Shown here piece by piece: positions 38,498 through 49,149 of a stretch of 64,000 nt of DNA. Source of the DNA: Planctomycetota bacterium. Lineage in GTDB: Bacteria > Planctomycetota > UBA1135 > UBA2386. The notes under the pieces were generated by a model. That model saw only the letters and a program-made list of their open reading frames with translations. It did not search any database and was not told the origin of the DNA. The stretch covers positions 6,528,001 to 6,592,000 of the forward strand of contig OZ245006.1 in NCBI GenBank assembly GCA_965223545.1, read 5' to 3'. A program made the position numbers and the translations under genes. Every line of letters begins with the position of its first letter. Within the stretch, counting starts at the first letter, position 1.

Positions 38498-38852
38498 CGA
38501 GCTTCCCTGCCACGGATTCCGCGATCTCGAGCCAAAACGGATCCGCGATCCGGTAGTACGCGAGCTTGCCGTCCGCGCGGAAAGCGACGGCACCGAGACG
38601 ACGCAGCTCGCGAAGCTGCTGCGACATGCCCGACATCGACAGGCCGAGGACATGCGCCAGGTCGCAAACGCAGAGCTCACGACCCTCGAGCGCCTTGAGG
38701 ACGCGCAGGCGTCCCGGGTGTGCCAGCACCTTGAGCGCGGCGGCGACCTCTCGGCTGACCTCCATCGGCGGCAGCGCCGCACGGGCCGCGGTTGCCCTTG
38801 GCCCGTCGACGCAGTCGACCTCGCACACGCCCTCTTTGACCCGTCGCTTCAT
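38481..38852 (-). CDS. ArsR/SmtB metalloregulator
   Basis: LAHPGRLRVL, ELCVCDLA, SQQLRELR, GKLAYY; N-terminal CEVDC. Confidence 0.9.
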   Translation of the reverse strand: MKRRVKEGVCEVDCVDGPRATAARAALPPMEVSREVAAALKVLAHPGRLRVLKALEGRELCVCDLAHVLGLSMSGMSQQLRELRRLGAVAFRADGKLAYYRIADPFWLEIAESVAGKLGGVQQ

Positions 38853-38853
38853 G

Positions 38854-38879
38854 ATTCTTGATTTCGTAAACTGAGGAAT
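38854..38879 (-). promoter_or_regulatory. Candidate ArsR/SmtB operator
   Basis: AT-rich imperfect inverted repeat attcttga...tgaggaat abutting the arsR start. Confidence 0.5.
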
Positions 38880-39453
38880 CGTTCTTGAGCAGAATACTCC
38901 CGGATTCCGTTACCGCAACTCCGAGTGGGGGCTTGTCCCGTCGCTGTCAAGGGCGGTTCTCGTTCGTCGACGCTTCGATGCGCTCCAGGGGGGGGGAAGC
39001 GATTCCGGCTCCCCGGGCAGACCCATGGGCAGCGGTAGGGCTCCCGTCGGGGCCCGGCAGCCGGGCAGGCACCAGTTGTCCCTGAGTTGCAGGCAGGTCC
39101 TCGGGTGGAGCCACACTCCGGTGACCAGCGGGAAGCAGGGGACAGCACTGCAGTGCAAGGACCGTCGCGGAGCGCTGCGGTCGGCCTTCACGCAGACTCA
39201 TGAGCGACTTGAGGCTCTTCCTCGACTGGGCGCCCGACCATCACACGACATGTGCTCTTGGATGCGGTCGAGTCGCTAGTCGTGGTGAGGCTGGGAGTTC
39301 AGTTCGTCGACGATCCGTTGAAGCACGTAGCTGAGTGCACTCCGCTCAGGTGCGACAGCTGTTGCTCCAAACACGACACGGTAGCAGGTTACGAAGGGCC
39401 CGCAGGATGGCCTTCAAGTCTTGTTACCATGGTTGCCGACGACTAGTTTCGAG

Positions 39454-39921
39454 ATGGTGACTTCCCGTACGCACACCAAGCGCGCGACGACCTGGCTCTG
39501 CCTGGCGATTGCGGTGCTCATCGCCCTGATGCCGGCGGGCGGGCTGATGGTGTGTTGGGGTGACGACGGGCACGTGCGCGTCGAAGTTGCCAGCGAAACC
39601 GGCTCATGTCCTTGCGAGGGGGACTCGGCGGGGGAAACCGGCCGAGCAAGCGTTCATCAGCAGAGCAAGGACCGCCACCCACCGTGCGACGATGTTGCGG
39701 TTGAGGCACCGAGAGTCTTCAAGGACGCAGAGCTCGGCCAGAAGCTGCCTCGGTCCACCGACAACCAGCCAGATGACGACTCGGCAGCGGGGGCAGCCTG
39801 GGGAGCGCATGGCAGCTGGGGAACCGGGGTAGGCAGTCCGGTTGCACGCTGGTCTAGTCCGGCAGCTGTGCTGCCGCGACAGCAGCTCGACCACGGGCGC
39901 ACTGTTGTCCTGCTGATCTGA
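39454..39921 (+). CDS. Hypothetical protein heading the second metal-efflux operon
   Basis: Signal/TM segment, VCWGDDGH, CPC, PCDD, terminal TVVLLI. Confidence 0.65.
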   Translation: MVTSRTHTKRATTWLCLAIAVLIALMPAGGLMVCWGDDGHVRVEVASETGSCPCEGDSAGETGRASVHQQSKDRHPPCDDVAVEAPRVFKDAELGQKLPRSTDNQPDDDSAAGAAWGAHGSWGTGVGSPVARWSSPAAVLPRQQLDHGRTVVLLI

Positions 39922-39936
39922 TCCTCCGGGGTTCTG

Positions 39937-41442
39937 TTGCTTCGTCTCCGATCCGGAGACGTCCTGAGAACGCCGGAGGAAGTCTTGGAACTGCAGTCAC
40001 AAACCGCCACAGAGGCGGCATCTCTACAGCATCTACGAACGCCAGCGATGTGCTTGGTCGCGCTCGCGCTGACGTTGTCAGCGTGCGCAACCTACGCACC
40101 GGACCCTCTACCTCCTGACCGCTTCGAGGCCCTGTCCACGGAGCGCCAGGATATCGGTCCGAGTGGTCCGAACGACGAGCCGGGTGAGCTTTCGCTTGGC
40201 AAAGCCGCCGACTGGCTGCGAACACGAGGCCCGCGCGTTCGAGAAACGATTGCTGCGTATCGCACAGCGCTTGCGCGAGCTGGTGTCCCCACACCTTGGC
40301 CAAATCCAGGGATCGCTGTAGGGCCTGAGTTCGGCTGGGGCGCCGATGTTGACGTCAACAAGGTCGTGCCCTTTGGGAGCCTGAACTTCACGATCCCTCT
40401 GAGTGGGAGGCTGGGACGGCAAGACGAGGTGAACGAGGCGTTGGCGCACGCCGCACGTGCCGAGGCACTTGCGACGTTCCGCGAACTGTATCTGGACCTT
40501 CGAGCCCGGTACGTGCGACTCGCAGTTGCGCAGAAGCGCGAAGCAGTCAGAGGGAACGTCCTGGAGGCCGCACAGGCCTCGCTTGTCGTTGCCAACGATC
40601 TCGTTGCGGCGGGTGCGGCGACCGCGCTAGATGTTTCGCTGTTCCAGCTCGAGCACGCTCGCGAGCGAAGCCGAGCGTTGGGTGCCGCACTCCAGGTAAC
40701 CAACTCCGCTTCGGACCTTTCGGATCTCGTCGCGGTGAGCCCGTGGCGACTTGGAGCGCTTCCAGAGACAGCACTTCCCACGCCCCCAGAGGACGCCCCG
40801 GAGTTCGGCGAGCTGCGAGAGCTCATCGTCAAAGAGCACCCTACCCTGTTTCGCCTGCGGGCCGACTACGAGGTGGCCGAACGGCAGCTCCACCTCGAGA
40901 TCACCAAGCAATACCCCGATCTTACGTTTGGGTCGTCTCTCGGCGGCGAAGCTGGAGAGCGCACAACGATACTCGGGCTGAGCTTGGGGATAGAGATCCC
41001 GCTCTTTGACCGCAACCAGCAGGCCATCGCACAGGCCATCAAGCGACGAGAGGAATTGCGCATAGGGTACGAGAGCTCAGCTCACCGCATCCTCTCCGCG
41101 GTCGAACGCGCGCGCGCAACCGTGGTGCTGGCATCCGCGCAGCATCGCATCCTGCGAGATGAGGTGTTGCCCGCAGCAGAAGACAACGTCGAGATTGCGC
41201 GACAGTCGCTTGCCGCTGGCACGGCAGGTGCGCTCCAGCTTCTCGATGCCGAGCGCAGTTTCCGTCAAGTTCAAATCGAGGTCCTGGAAGCTCGGCTTGC
41301 GCAACAGCTCGCGTGGTCAGACCTCGAGAAGGCGGTCGGATTTCCGCTCGTCGAATTCCCTTCGGACCCGGCTGCCGGAGGGCGCACGCCACCGGGTGAA
41401 CTCACCGATCAACAAGGCAAGACTGAGGGAGAAGGACGATGA
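39937..41442 (+). CDS. TolC-family outer-membrane efflux protein (start may be 40048)
   Basis: LSAC lipobox, WPNP, QYPDL, IPLFDRNQ. Confidence 0.88.
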   Translation: MLRLRSGDVLRTPEEVLELQSQTATEAASLQHLRTPAMCLVALALTLSACATYAPDPLPPDRFEALSTERQDIGPSGPNDEPGELSLGKAADWLRTRGPRVRETIAAYRTALARAGVPTPWPNPGIAVGPEFGWGADVDVNKVVPFGSLNFTIPLSGRLGRQDEVNEALAHAARAEALATFRELYLDLRARYVRLAVAQKREAVRGNVLEAAQASLVVANDLVAAGAATALDVSLFQLEHARERSRALGAALQVTNSASDLSDLVAVSPWRLGALPETALPTPPEDAPEFGELRELIVKEHPTLFRLRADYEVAERQLHLEITKQYPDLTFGSSLGGEAGERTTILGLSLGIEIPLFDRNQQAIAQAIKRREELRIGYESSAHRILSAVERARATVVLASAQHRILRDEVLPAAEDNVEIARQSLAAGTAGALQLLDAERSFRQVQIEVLEARLAQQLAWSDLEKAVGFPLVEFPSDPAAGGRTPPGELTDQQGKTEGEGR

Positions 41443-43079
41443 TCAGAAAGCACCAGTGGGAGATCACCATCATCGCAACAGTGTGCACGCTCGGTGGGCT
41501 AATCTCCGGCGGCCTGGTCGCAGGCGGTTTCGGCGCAAAACCGGAGACCGCGGAGGCTGACACCGGTGCCGCCCACGGCCCGCACCTTCCTGCGGCGACG
41601 CTTGAGAACCTCGGCGTTCGTATCGACCAGGTCCAGCCCACCACGTTCTTCAGGACCGTGTCGGTCGCGGCCGTAGTCGTTGACACGCCCACCACAGAAC
41701 AACCCGTCTACGCCCCGATCGGCGGGCGCATCGAGAGCATCGATGTGGAACCCGGCACAGTTGTGGCCCCTGGCAAGGCAGTCATCACTCTGGTGCGGGA
41801 TCCACTCCCGCGTCCGCAGCTGACCCTGACCGCCGAAGTGCTGCGGCCCGCTCAGGAGAGACTGCACCAGAGCGTACTCGAGCTACGCAAGTCGGGAGAA
41901 GAGGTTCGTATCGCAAGCACGGAGCTGGAACGAGTCCAGAAGTTCACGGGCAGGGTCGGTGGACGCGACCTTCCGATCATCCCGAGGCAGCGCGCGATCG
42001 ACCTTCGCTACCAGCTCTCGAGAGCCGAGAAGGCGTACGAGCAGGCACGGCTCGAACTCAAGAAGCACGGCCTCACCGATGCGCAAATAGCCGAAGTCGA
42101 GGGTGGTGCGCCGCTGCCGGAGTTCAACGAAGAAACGTGGCAACGAGCGCTTGCCCGCAACGGCCTGTGGCCAGCCGAAGCCCAGCAGCTCAGCGCGGCG
42201 CTCCCCAAGTCACTTCGTGCTCTCCCCTGGGTCACCGCGACCGTTGGCGAACTGGCCGCGAGCGGGCTCGCGACTCCAGAGCTCGCGCAGTGGATCTCGG
42301 CGGAAGAAGCTGCTCCCCACTTCCTCGACATCGGCGTGCTCCTGCAGCGCGGACACACGCTTGAGGATCTGAAGCGCCTCCACGCCTTGAATGCACTGGA
42401 GCCAGTCGTGCGCGTCGTGGCACCCGAGCTCGAGCAGGATGGCTCTTGGGACGTGCTCGACGTGCTAACCAAGCGCGGTGCCAAAGTAGAGGCTGGCGAG
42501 AGGCTTCTCACTCTCAGCGACCCGCGACGGCTGTTCCTGCGCACTGAGCCCGTCGGCGGTGAAGTGGGATCGGTCCTCATTGCCGCCAAGGAGCGGCACG
42601 CCATCGCTGCGACACCACTCATCCGGAACTCTGGGCCGGCGCTCGAGAAGCTAACGGTCAGCTACGTGCAAAGCTCTCAGGAGAACGAGGGCACGATTGC
42701 CTTTGTTGAAGTCGAGAACTCTATTCTCTCGCAGATCGATCGAGGACGCGGAAGAAGTTCCCGCACATGGTCGCTTCGCGACGGCATGCGCTACCTACTG
42801 AACGTGCCAACCGCGAAGTTGGACAAGGTCTATGTCTTGCCTTCCTCCGCAGTCACCGAAGACGGTCCCAACAAGGTTGTGTTCCTCCAGGACGGCGACA
42901 GCTTCAGGCCGGTCCCGATCGTGATCGCGTACCAGGATGACGAAGTCGTTGTCGTCCCCACGACCAAGGAAGTCGCTCTCTTCCCCGGCGATCTCGTCGT
43001 GCAATCCGGAGCGTTCGAGCTCGGCCTCGCGATGAAGGCTGGAGGTGCCGTGGACGCCCACGCAGGTCACAACCACTAG
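41439..43079 (+). CDS. Divergent RND periplasmic adaptor
   Basis: Lipoyl-like halves (APIGGRI..GTVV; GAKVEAGE), VLPSSAV, His-rich end HAGHNH. Confidence 0.8.
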   Translation: MIRKHQWEITIIATVCTLGGLISGGLVAGGFGAKPETAEADTGAAHGPHLPAATLENLGVRIDQVQPTTFFRTVSVAAVVVDTPTTEQPVYAPIGGRIESIDVEPGTVVAPGKAVITLVRDPLPRPQLTLTAEVLRPAQERLHQSVLELRKSGEEVRIASTELERVQKFTGRVGGRDLPIIPRQRAIDLRYQLSRAEKAYEQARLELKKHGLTDAQIAEVEGGAPLPEFNEETWQRALARNGLWPAEAQQLSAALPKSLRALPWVTATVGELAASGLATPELAQWISAEEAAPHFLDIGVLLQRGHTLEDLKRLHALNALEPVVRVVAPELEQDGSWDVLDVLTKRGAKVEAGERLLTLSDPRRLFLRTEPVGGEVGSVLIAAKERHAIAATPLIRNSGPALEKLTVSYVQSSQENEGTIAFVEVENSILSQIDRGRGRSSRTWSLRDGMRYLLNVPTAKLDKVYVLPSSAVTEDGPNKVVFLQDGDSFRPVPIVIAYQDDEVVVVPTTKEVALFPGDLVVQSGAFELGLAMKAGGAVDAHAGHNH

Positions 43080-43090
43080 GAGGCGCGATC

Positions 43091-46000
43091 ATGTTGAATC
43101 GAATCATCGCCGCCGCGCTCCGCAACCGGGCGATCGTCCTACTCCTTGCTCTGATCGTGGGCGGATACGGTCTGTTCGAGGCCGCGCGCACACCGATCGA
43201 TGTCTTGCCGGACTTGAACCGCCCCGTGGTCACCATCATGACCGAGGCCCACGGCCTGGTGCCCGAGGACGTCGAGCGCCTCGTGACCTGGCCGATCGAG
43301 CAGGTGATGAACGGGGCCACCGGTGTGTTTCGTGTCCGCTCGGCGAGCGGCCTGGGGCTATCAGTGGTCTACGTCGAGTTCGACTGGGGCACCGATATCT
43401 ATCTGGACCGCCAGATCGTCGCTGAGAAGCTGCAGACCGCAGTGCCCAACCTGCCGCCGGACGTGCAACCGATCCTGGCTCCCATCAGCAGCATCATGGG
43501 CCAGGTCCAGATGATCGGCTTCCAGAGCAAGACCGGGGAAACCGACATCCTCAAGCTGCGGCGCATCATCGACCGCGACGTTCGGCCGCGGATCCTGTCC
43601 CTCTCGGGCATCGCTCAGATCATCACGATCGGTGGCCAACCCTCCGAGCTGCAGGTCGTCGTCGACGCGGACAAGCTGCGCACGTTCGACGTCACTCTCC
43701 AAGAGGTGGCCGACGCCACGCGCGATGCGAACATCAACGTGGCAGGAGGGTTCCTGAACATCGGAGCCAAGGGACCGCTCGTGGCGGTGTCCGGCTTACT
43801 CGAAGAGCCCGACGAGCTCTCTCGTGCAGTCGTTCGGTCGGATCCGACGCGCCCGATTCGCATCGCTGACGTCGCTGAAGTGGTCTTCGGCCCCGCCGCC
43901 ATTCCGACCGGAACGGCAGGCATCAACGGCGAGCCGGGCATCATCATGGTGATCATGAAGCAGCCTGGGGTGGACACCCAGGACCTGACGAGGCGTGTGA
44001 ACGCCGAGCTCCGCCAGATTCAGCGCGAGCTGCCGAACGACGTCGCCATCGACGATGGCGTGTTTCAGCAAGCGGCGTTCATCGAACGAGCCATCGACAA
44101 CGTGCTCGAGGCGGTGCGAGACGGCGCCATCCTCGTTGTCATCATTCTGTTTCTGTTCTTGCTGAACTTCCGGACAACTTTCATCACGCTTTCCGCGATT
44201 CCTCTCTCGGTCGCGATCGCCTCGCTCGTGTTCGCCGCGTTCGGATTGACGATCAACACGATGACGCTCGGCGGACTTGCCGTGGCGATCGGGACGCTCG
44301 TTGATGACGCCATCGTCGACGTCGAAAACGTGTTCCGGCGCCTACACGAGAATTCGAGGCGCGAACGCAAAGAGCCCGTGCTTTGGGTGCTGTTCAAGGC
44401 GTCCAGCGAGATTCGGAAGCCCGTGATGTACGGCACGCTGCTCGTGACCGTCGTCTATCTGCCACTGTTCTTCCTCACTGGAATGGAAGGGCGTCTGTTC
44501 GCGCCGATTGGACTCGCCTACATCATCAGCGTGATGGCGTCTCTCCTCGTGGCGCTGACGGTCACCCCTGTCCTTTGCTACTACTTGCTCGGCCGTCGCA
44601 CTGCGTCCGCCACGGACGAGAAGTACGGAGGATGGCTCGTTGCCAGGCTGCGCGGAGTTGCTGCGAAGGGAGTCCGCATCAGCACTCGCCACATCGAACG
44701 GATCGTTGGAGTCTGCGCAGCGACCTTTCTGATCGTCGGAGCGTTCTTCGTCACGACTGGGTCCGAATTCTTGCCGCAGTTCAACGAGGGGACGGCGCAA
44801 GCCAACCTCGTTCTGCCGCCTGATGCGAGCCTCGAGACATCCGATCGGTTCGGTCGGCGGCTCGAAGAGCTCGTGGGAAAAATCGACGGCGTCAGCAGCG
44901 TTGCGCGCCGCACGGGCCGCGCTCCTGGGGACGAGCACGCGATGCCCGTCAGCGTCAGCGAAGCGATCGTCAACTTTGATCCAGACTCGAAACGATCCCG
45001 GAAGGAACTCATCGAGGACATCCGGGCGCAGGTCTCGCACGAGTTCCCCGGCGTGGCCAACAACGTGGAGCAGCCGCTGGCACACCTGATGAGCCACATG
45101 CTCTCGGGGGTTACTGCGCAGGTCGCAATCAAGATCACGGGCCCTGACCTCGATATCTTGCGGAACACCGCGTCCGAGGTCGAAGCCAAGATCAAGGCGA
45201 TTGATGGCGTCCGAAACCTCTACACGGAGCCGCAAGTTCTCATCGACCAAGTCGAGGTGAAACCACGCCGCACGGAGCTGGCTCGACTCGGCATAGGTGT
45301 TGCTGCCCTCGCGGAGACCGTCGAGCTCGCGATGGGTGGACAAGAGGTCTCCCGGCTACAAGTCGGCCAGATCACGTATCCCATCAAAGTCCGGCTCGAG
45401 GAGGAGGACAGAAAGGATCTCGTCCAGCTGTCGGGCCTCTACCTACGGCGCGGCGATGCCTCGCTGGCCCGCATCGACGACGTTGCCGACGTCCGCGTGT
45501 CGAAGACCCCCAACAACATCAACCGGGAGAACGTGCAGCGGCGTGTCGTCGTCCAGCACAACGTTGGCGGTCGCTCGCTCGGGGAGGTCGTCACGGACGT
45601 GGAGGCTGCTCTCCAGCCCGTTCGCGAGAAGCTCGCTGCTTTACCCGGATACTCGATTCGAATCAGCGGCCAATTCGAGGCCCAGCAGGAAGCGCAGGCG
45701 AAGATCCTGGCCTTCAGCATCCTATCGGTCGTGCTGATGGTGCTGATTCTCTACATGCATTTCCGCTCCTTGCGGCTCGCGCTGCTCGTCCTTCTCACGC
45801 GTCCGATCGCGTTCATTGGCGCGGCAGCCTACGTCGTGCTCAGTGGGCAGATCCTCTCCATTGCAACGCTCGTCGGCTTCATCGCCCTTCTCGGAGTCGC
45901 TGCACGCAATGCGATTCTCCTCGTTGACCACTACGTGCACCTGATGCGCGAGGAAGGGGAGTCCTTCTCGATCGAGATGCTGGTGCGAGCCGGGCAGGAG

Positions 46001-46339
46001 AGGATAGTCCCGGTCCTCATGACCGCGCTCACGAGCGGTATCGGCTTGGTGCCGCTGGCGCTCGCAGCAGACCAGCCCGGGCGCGAGCTTCTGTACCCGG
46101 TTGCCACGGTCATCATCGGCGGATTGGTCACGAACACGCTTCTCGATTTCCTCGTCATGCCTGGCCTCTTCTGGAGGTTTGGCCGAACCGAGGCAGAGCG
46201 ACTCGCAAGAGAATCCGTACGCACCGAGGACTTCGAGCACATTCGTGCGCAGCTCCTGCCGGACGGACAGGAAGAGGAACACCTAGAACCCGCGTTGGCC
46301 GGCGGTCAGCGCCTTGAACCTGGAGACCTGGAACGATGA
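43091..46339 (+). CDS. Heavy-metal efflux RND permease (CusA/CzcA family)
   Basis: PIDVLPD, TLGGLAVAIGTLVDDAIVDVEN, ERIVPVLMTAL, PVATVIIGG. Confidence 0.93.
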   Translation: MLNRIIAAALRNRAIVLLLALIVGGYGLFEAARTPIDVLPDLNRPVVTIMTEAHGLVPEDVERLVTWPIEQVMNGATGVFRVRSASGLGLSVVYVEFDWGTDIYLDRQIVAEKLQTAVPNLPPDVQPILAPISSIMGQVQMIGFQSKTGETDILKLRRIIDRDVRPRILSLSGIAQIITIGGQPSELQVVVDADKLRTFDVTLQEVADATRDANINVAGGFLNIGAKGPLVAVSGLLEEPDELSRAVVRSDPTRPIRIADVAEVVFGPAAIPTGTAGINGEPGIIMVIMKQPGVDTQDLTRRVNAELRQIQRELPNDVAIDDGVFQQAAFIERAIDNVLEAVRDGAILVVIILFLFLLNFRTTFITLSAIPLSVAIASLVFAAFGLTINTMTLGGLAVAIGTLVDDAIVDVENVFRRLHENSRRERKEPVLWVLFKASSEIRKPVMYGTLLVTVVYLPLFFLTGMEGRLFAPIGLAYIISVMASLLVALTVTPVLCYYLLGRRTASATDEKYGGWLVARLRGVAAKGVRISTRHIERIVGVCAATFLIVGAFFVTTGSEFLPQFNEGTAQANLVLPPDASLETSDRFGRRLEELVGKIDGVSSVARRTGRAPGDEHAMPVSVSEAIVNFDPDSKRSRKELIEDIRAQVSHEFPGVANNVEQPLAHLMSHMLSGVTAQVAIKITGPDLDILRNTASEVEAKIKAIDGVRNLYTEPQVLIDQVEVKPRRTELARLGIGVAALAETVELAMGGQEVSRLQVGQITYPIKVRLEEEDRKDLVQLSGLYLRRGDASLARIDDVADVRVSKTPNNINRENVQRRVVVQHNVGGRSLGEVVTDVEAALQPVREKLAALPGYSIRISGQFEAQQEAQAKILAFSILSVVLMVLILYMHFRSLRLALLVLLTRPIAFIGAAAYVVLSGQILSIATLVGFIALLGVAARNAILLVDHYVHLMREEGESFSIEMLVRAGQERIVPVLMTALTSGIGLVPLALAADQPGRELLYPVATVIIGGLVTNTLLDFLVMPGLFWRFGRTEAERLARESVRTEDFEHIRAQLLPDGQEEEHLEPALAGGQRLEPGDLER

Positions 46340-46761
46340 TCAAGACTGCTCTTGCTCTACTTGCCGCAACGGTGCTAGCTGCCTGCTCAGGCGAGGAGAG
46401 TCGCGAAGCTCCGGCGCCCTCCGGAGGTCAGGCTCATGGCCCGCATGGCGGCCACATCCTTGAGGTGGGCGCGCATGTCGCCCATCTGGAAGTGCTGCAC
46501 GACGAGGAAGCGGGGAAGCTGACGATCTACGTTCTGGGCCCCGATGAGAAGACGGCGCTTCCAGTTGCGAAGCCCCCGCAGCTCAAACTCAAAACCAGCG
46601 CCGGTCCAAGGGTCATCGACACGAAGGCGCAAGATGCAACCGGCGCGGTCTTCACCGTGACGGACGCCGCTCTGAAGGGAGGGGAGCCGGAAGGCCGCAT
46701 CTCCATCGAGGTGAACGGCAAGGTATACAATCCGGAACTCGAGCACGATCACGGACACTGA
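46336..46761 (+). CDS. His-rich periplasmic lipoprotein
   Basis: Lipobox LAAC, HGPHGGH, HLE, terminal HDHGH. Confidence 0.8.
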   Translation: MIKTALALLAATVLAACSGEESREAPAPSGGQAHGPHGGHILEVGAHVAHLEVLHDEEAGKLTIYVLGPDEKTALPVAKPPQLKLKTSAGPRVIDTKAQDATGAVFTVTDAALKGGEPEGRISIEVNGKVYNPELEHDHGH

Positions 46762-46788
46762 AACCAACTCGACCGGGGGCGCCAGGCG

Positions 46789-47694
46789 ATGGCTCACGAC
46801 CATGTCCACTGGCACACGCGCTACAACCGAGCCTTTGCTATCGGCATCGGGCTGAACGTCGGGTTCGTTGCCGTCGAGTTCGTCTACGGCGCACTGGTCA
46901 ACTCGCTGGCGCTCATCGCAGACGCTGGCCACAACCTAGGCGACGTTGTCAGTCTGCTACTCGCCTGGGGAGCGTTCTTTGTCGCCGAGAAGCAACCTTC
47001 ACCGAACTTCACGTACGGATTGCGGAAGGCGACGGTTCTCGCCGCGTTGTTTAGCGCAATCCTGTTGCTTGTCGCCCTTGGCGCCATCGCATGGGAGGCT
47101 GTTCGCCGGTTCGGTGCCCCTCAGGCGGTCAGCGGTACAACAGTCTTGGTCGTCGCTGGAATCGGCGTGGCCATCAACACAGCCACCGGTTGGCTGTTCT
47201 TCGCGGACCGCAAGGACGACCTCAACATCAAGGGGGCGTACCTGCACATGGCCGCCGACGCCGCCGTCTCACTCGGTGTCGTCGTGGCGGGCCTGCTGAT
47301 CACGCTGACGGGATGGAGCTGGCTGGATCCCGCCACGAGCCTTGCGATCGCTGTCGTTGTCGTCATCGGGACGTGGGGGCTACTTCGCGATTCTCTCCGA
47401 CTGTCACTCGATGCTGCCCCAAAGGACATCGACTTGGCCGCGATTGAGGACTGGCTCCGGGAGCAACCTGGTGTGCAGGATCTGCATGACCTCCACGTGT
47501 GGGCCCTCAGCACGACGCAGACAGCGCTCACGGTGCATGTGGTGATGACCGGTGAAGCGCAAGATCACAGCCCGCGAGTCTTCGCAGAGGAGCTGGCATC
47601 TCGGTTCGGCGTTGAACACACCACAGTTCAGATTGAGACGGGGGCCGAGGCCTGCGTTTCAAACTGTGTCGCCGGAACCAAACGTCGGGCTTGA
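46789..47694 (+). CDS. czcD: Cation diffusion facilitator (CzcD/ZitB-like)
   Basis: SLALIADAGHNLGD, GAYLHMAADA, HDLHVW, HTTVQIE. Confidence 0.93.
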   Translation: MAHDHVHWHTRYNRAFAIGIGLNVGFVAVEFVYGALVNSLALIADAGHNLGDVVSLLLAWGAFFVAEKQPSPNFTYGLRKATVLAALFSAILLLVALGAIAWEAVRRFGAPQAVSGTTVLVVAGIGVAINTATGWLFFADRKDDLNIKGAYLHMAADAAVSLGVVVAGLLITLTGWSWLDPATSLAIAVVVVIGTWGLLRDSLRLSLDAAPKDIDLAAIEDWLREQPGVQDLHDLHVWALSTTQTALTVHVVMTGEAQDHSPRVFAEELASRFGVEHTTVQIETGAEACVSNCVAGTKRRA

Positions 47695-47778
47695 GGCGGA
47701 GTGCTCGGGATGGAAAGTGGTCGGATTCTTGGGTCGAGCGGGGAGAAACCTGGCTGGGTCGGCACGGCGGAGCGCCGC

Positions 47779-48084
47779 TCAGTATTCTCCGGGCAGCAGC
47801 GCGATCGTTGCCGACCGATCCGCTTCGGTGATGACGTAAATGCGCGTTGTGGTGCCGGGGTCGGATGCGAGTGGTAGCGAGTAGACCGAGAGCAGTCTCT
47901 CGCCGTCGCGAAGTGCTCGCTGGTTTGCTTCGTGGTCTTCTTCACAGACGTCACCCCAGTCTCCTCTTGCGTGACGAGCGATGGCTTCGGCAACGTGGTC
48001 GCGGGGGACCTGCGCGAGCAAGCCGGCCGTGGCGACGACGCGCCCAAGGTCGAACTGAACTCGCTCGGGTTCGTGGCTTATCAT
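47779..48084 (-). CDS. Conserved plasmid/ICE hypothetical protein
   Basis: LGRVVATAG, RHARGDWG, RLLSVY, YVITEADRSATIALLPGEY. Confidence 0.75.
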   Translation of the reverse strand: MISHEPERVQFDLGRVVATAGLLAQVPRDHVAEAIARHARGDWGDVCEEDHEANQRALRDGERLLSVYSLPLASDPGTTTRIYVITEADRSATIALLPGEY

Positions 48085-48403
48085 CCGAGCACACTTTCGA
48101 GCTGGCGGTTGGTCGCGGGTCGCTGGTGCCTGCGAGTCGGCGGAGCTCCTTGTTCAACGTCAAAGAAGGCCATGGCTGACCGTCCCACGTTCGAAGCACC
48201 GAAGTCAAACGTCGCGGCGAGCGAGGCGAAGGGCCCGTCAAGAGCCCGTAGCGAAGCGAGAGCGACGAATGCGCAGGGCCTCGAGCGCTAGCGAGAGTCG
48301 CTTTGGCATCTGCGTCAGTCAGGTCTCCTCGGCGTGTCTCCAGTTTGGTCCCCAGCTCGGGGTGAGGGACCAAGCCCTCCAACAACAACCAACGGAGACG
48401 AAC

Positions 48404-48649
48404 ATGACTACCGAATCGACAAACCGCCCCAAGCAGCAGCTTCGCGACGGCACCTGCGTGCTCTCGATCTTCGAGAACGCTACGGACAAGGGCACCCGCT
48501 ACTCGGTCACCGTGACGCGCATCTACAAGCGCGATGGTGCTTCGGAGTGGGAGCGGAGCGCTTCGCTGAACGCCGATGACTGCCTTCGCGCCGCCGAGCT
48601 GCTGCGCGAGGCGCACCGCTGGATACGCGACCAGCGCCAGGGCGAGTAG
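48404..48649 (+). CDS. Small hypothetical protein (possible ssDNA-binding type)
   Basis: GGAG RBS; SIFEN...YSVT..RIYK..EW pattern. Confidence 0.7.
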   Translation: MTTESTNRPKQQLRDGTCVLSIFENATDKGTRYSVTVTRIYKRDGASEWERSASLNADDCLRAAELLREAHRWIRDQRQGE

Positions 48650-48745
48650 CCCGGCGCTTCGCCACCCGGCTTTGGCCGGGTTTCCTCTCGAACGGCATCC
48701 TCTTCCCGGTAGGCTCGCCCGGATCAGAATTCAGCCGGGAGGCGT

Positions 48746-49129
48746 ATGGCGGCAAAGAAGAAGACGGCCAAGGGCTACGAGTTTTTGGTAGCGGAGCTCA
48801 AGAAGAACAAGAACGCGGTCTACGCCGACCTTGCTGCGAAGGCAGAGAAGAAGGGCTTCACGGTCTACCCCGTGATGTTCGGCCGGGCGAAGGCCTCGCT
48901 CGGACTGGTGGCGACGAAGAAGCGCCGGAAGAAAAAGGCGTCGAAGCGCGGGCCGGGACGCCCGCGCAAGGTGGGCCGTCGTGGTCCTGGCCGTCCTCGA
49001 AAGTCGAGCGACGGACCGCTCGCTGCAGTTCAGGATCTGGTGTCAACCATGCGGGAGCAGGAGCGTGACAACGCTGCTCTGCGGGCAACGCTCGGGAAGA
49101 TCCGGGATCTCATCGACCGGGCGCTCTAG
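48746..49129 (+). CDS. Basic histone-like protein with AT-hook motifs
   Basis: Two RGPGRPRK motifs, Lys-rich; GGAGG RBS. Confidence 0.75.
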   Translation: MAAKKKTAKGYEFLVAELKKNKNAVYADLAAKAEKKGFTVYPVMFGRAKASLGLVATKKRRKKKASKRGPGRPRKVGRRGPGRPRKSSDGPLAAVQDLVSTMREQERDNAALRATLGKIRDLIDRAL

Positions 49130-49149
49130 GCGGCCGGTCGTCCTCTTCC

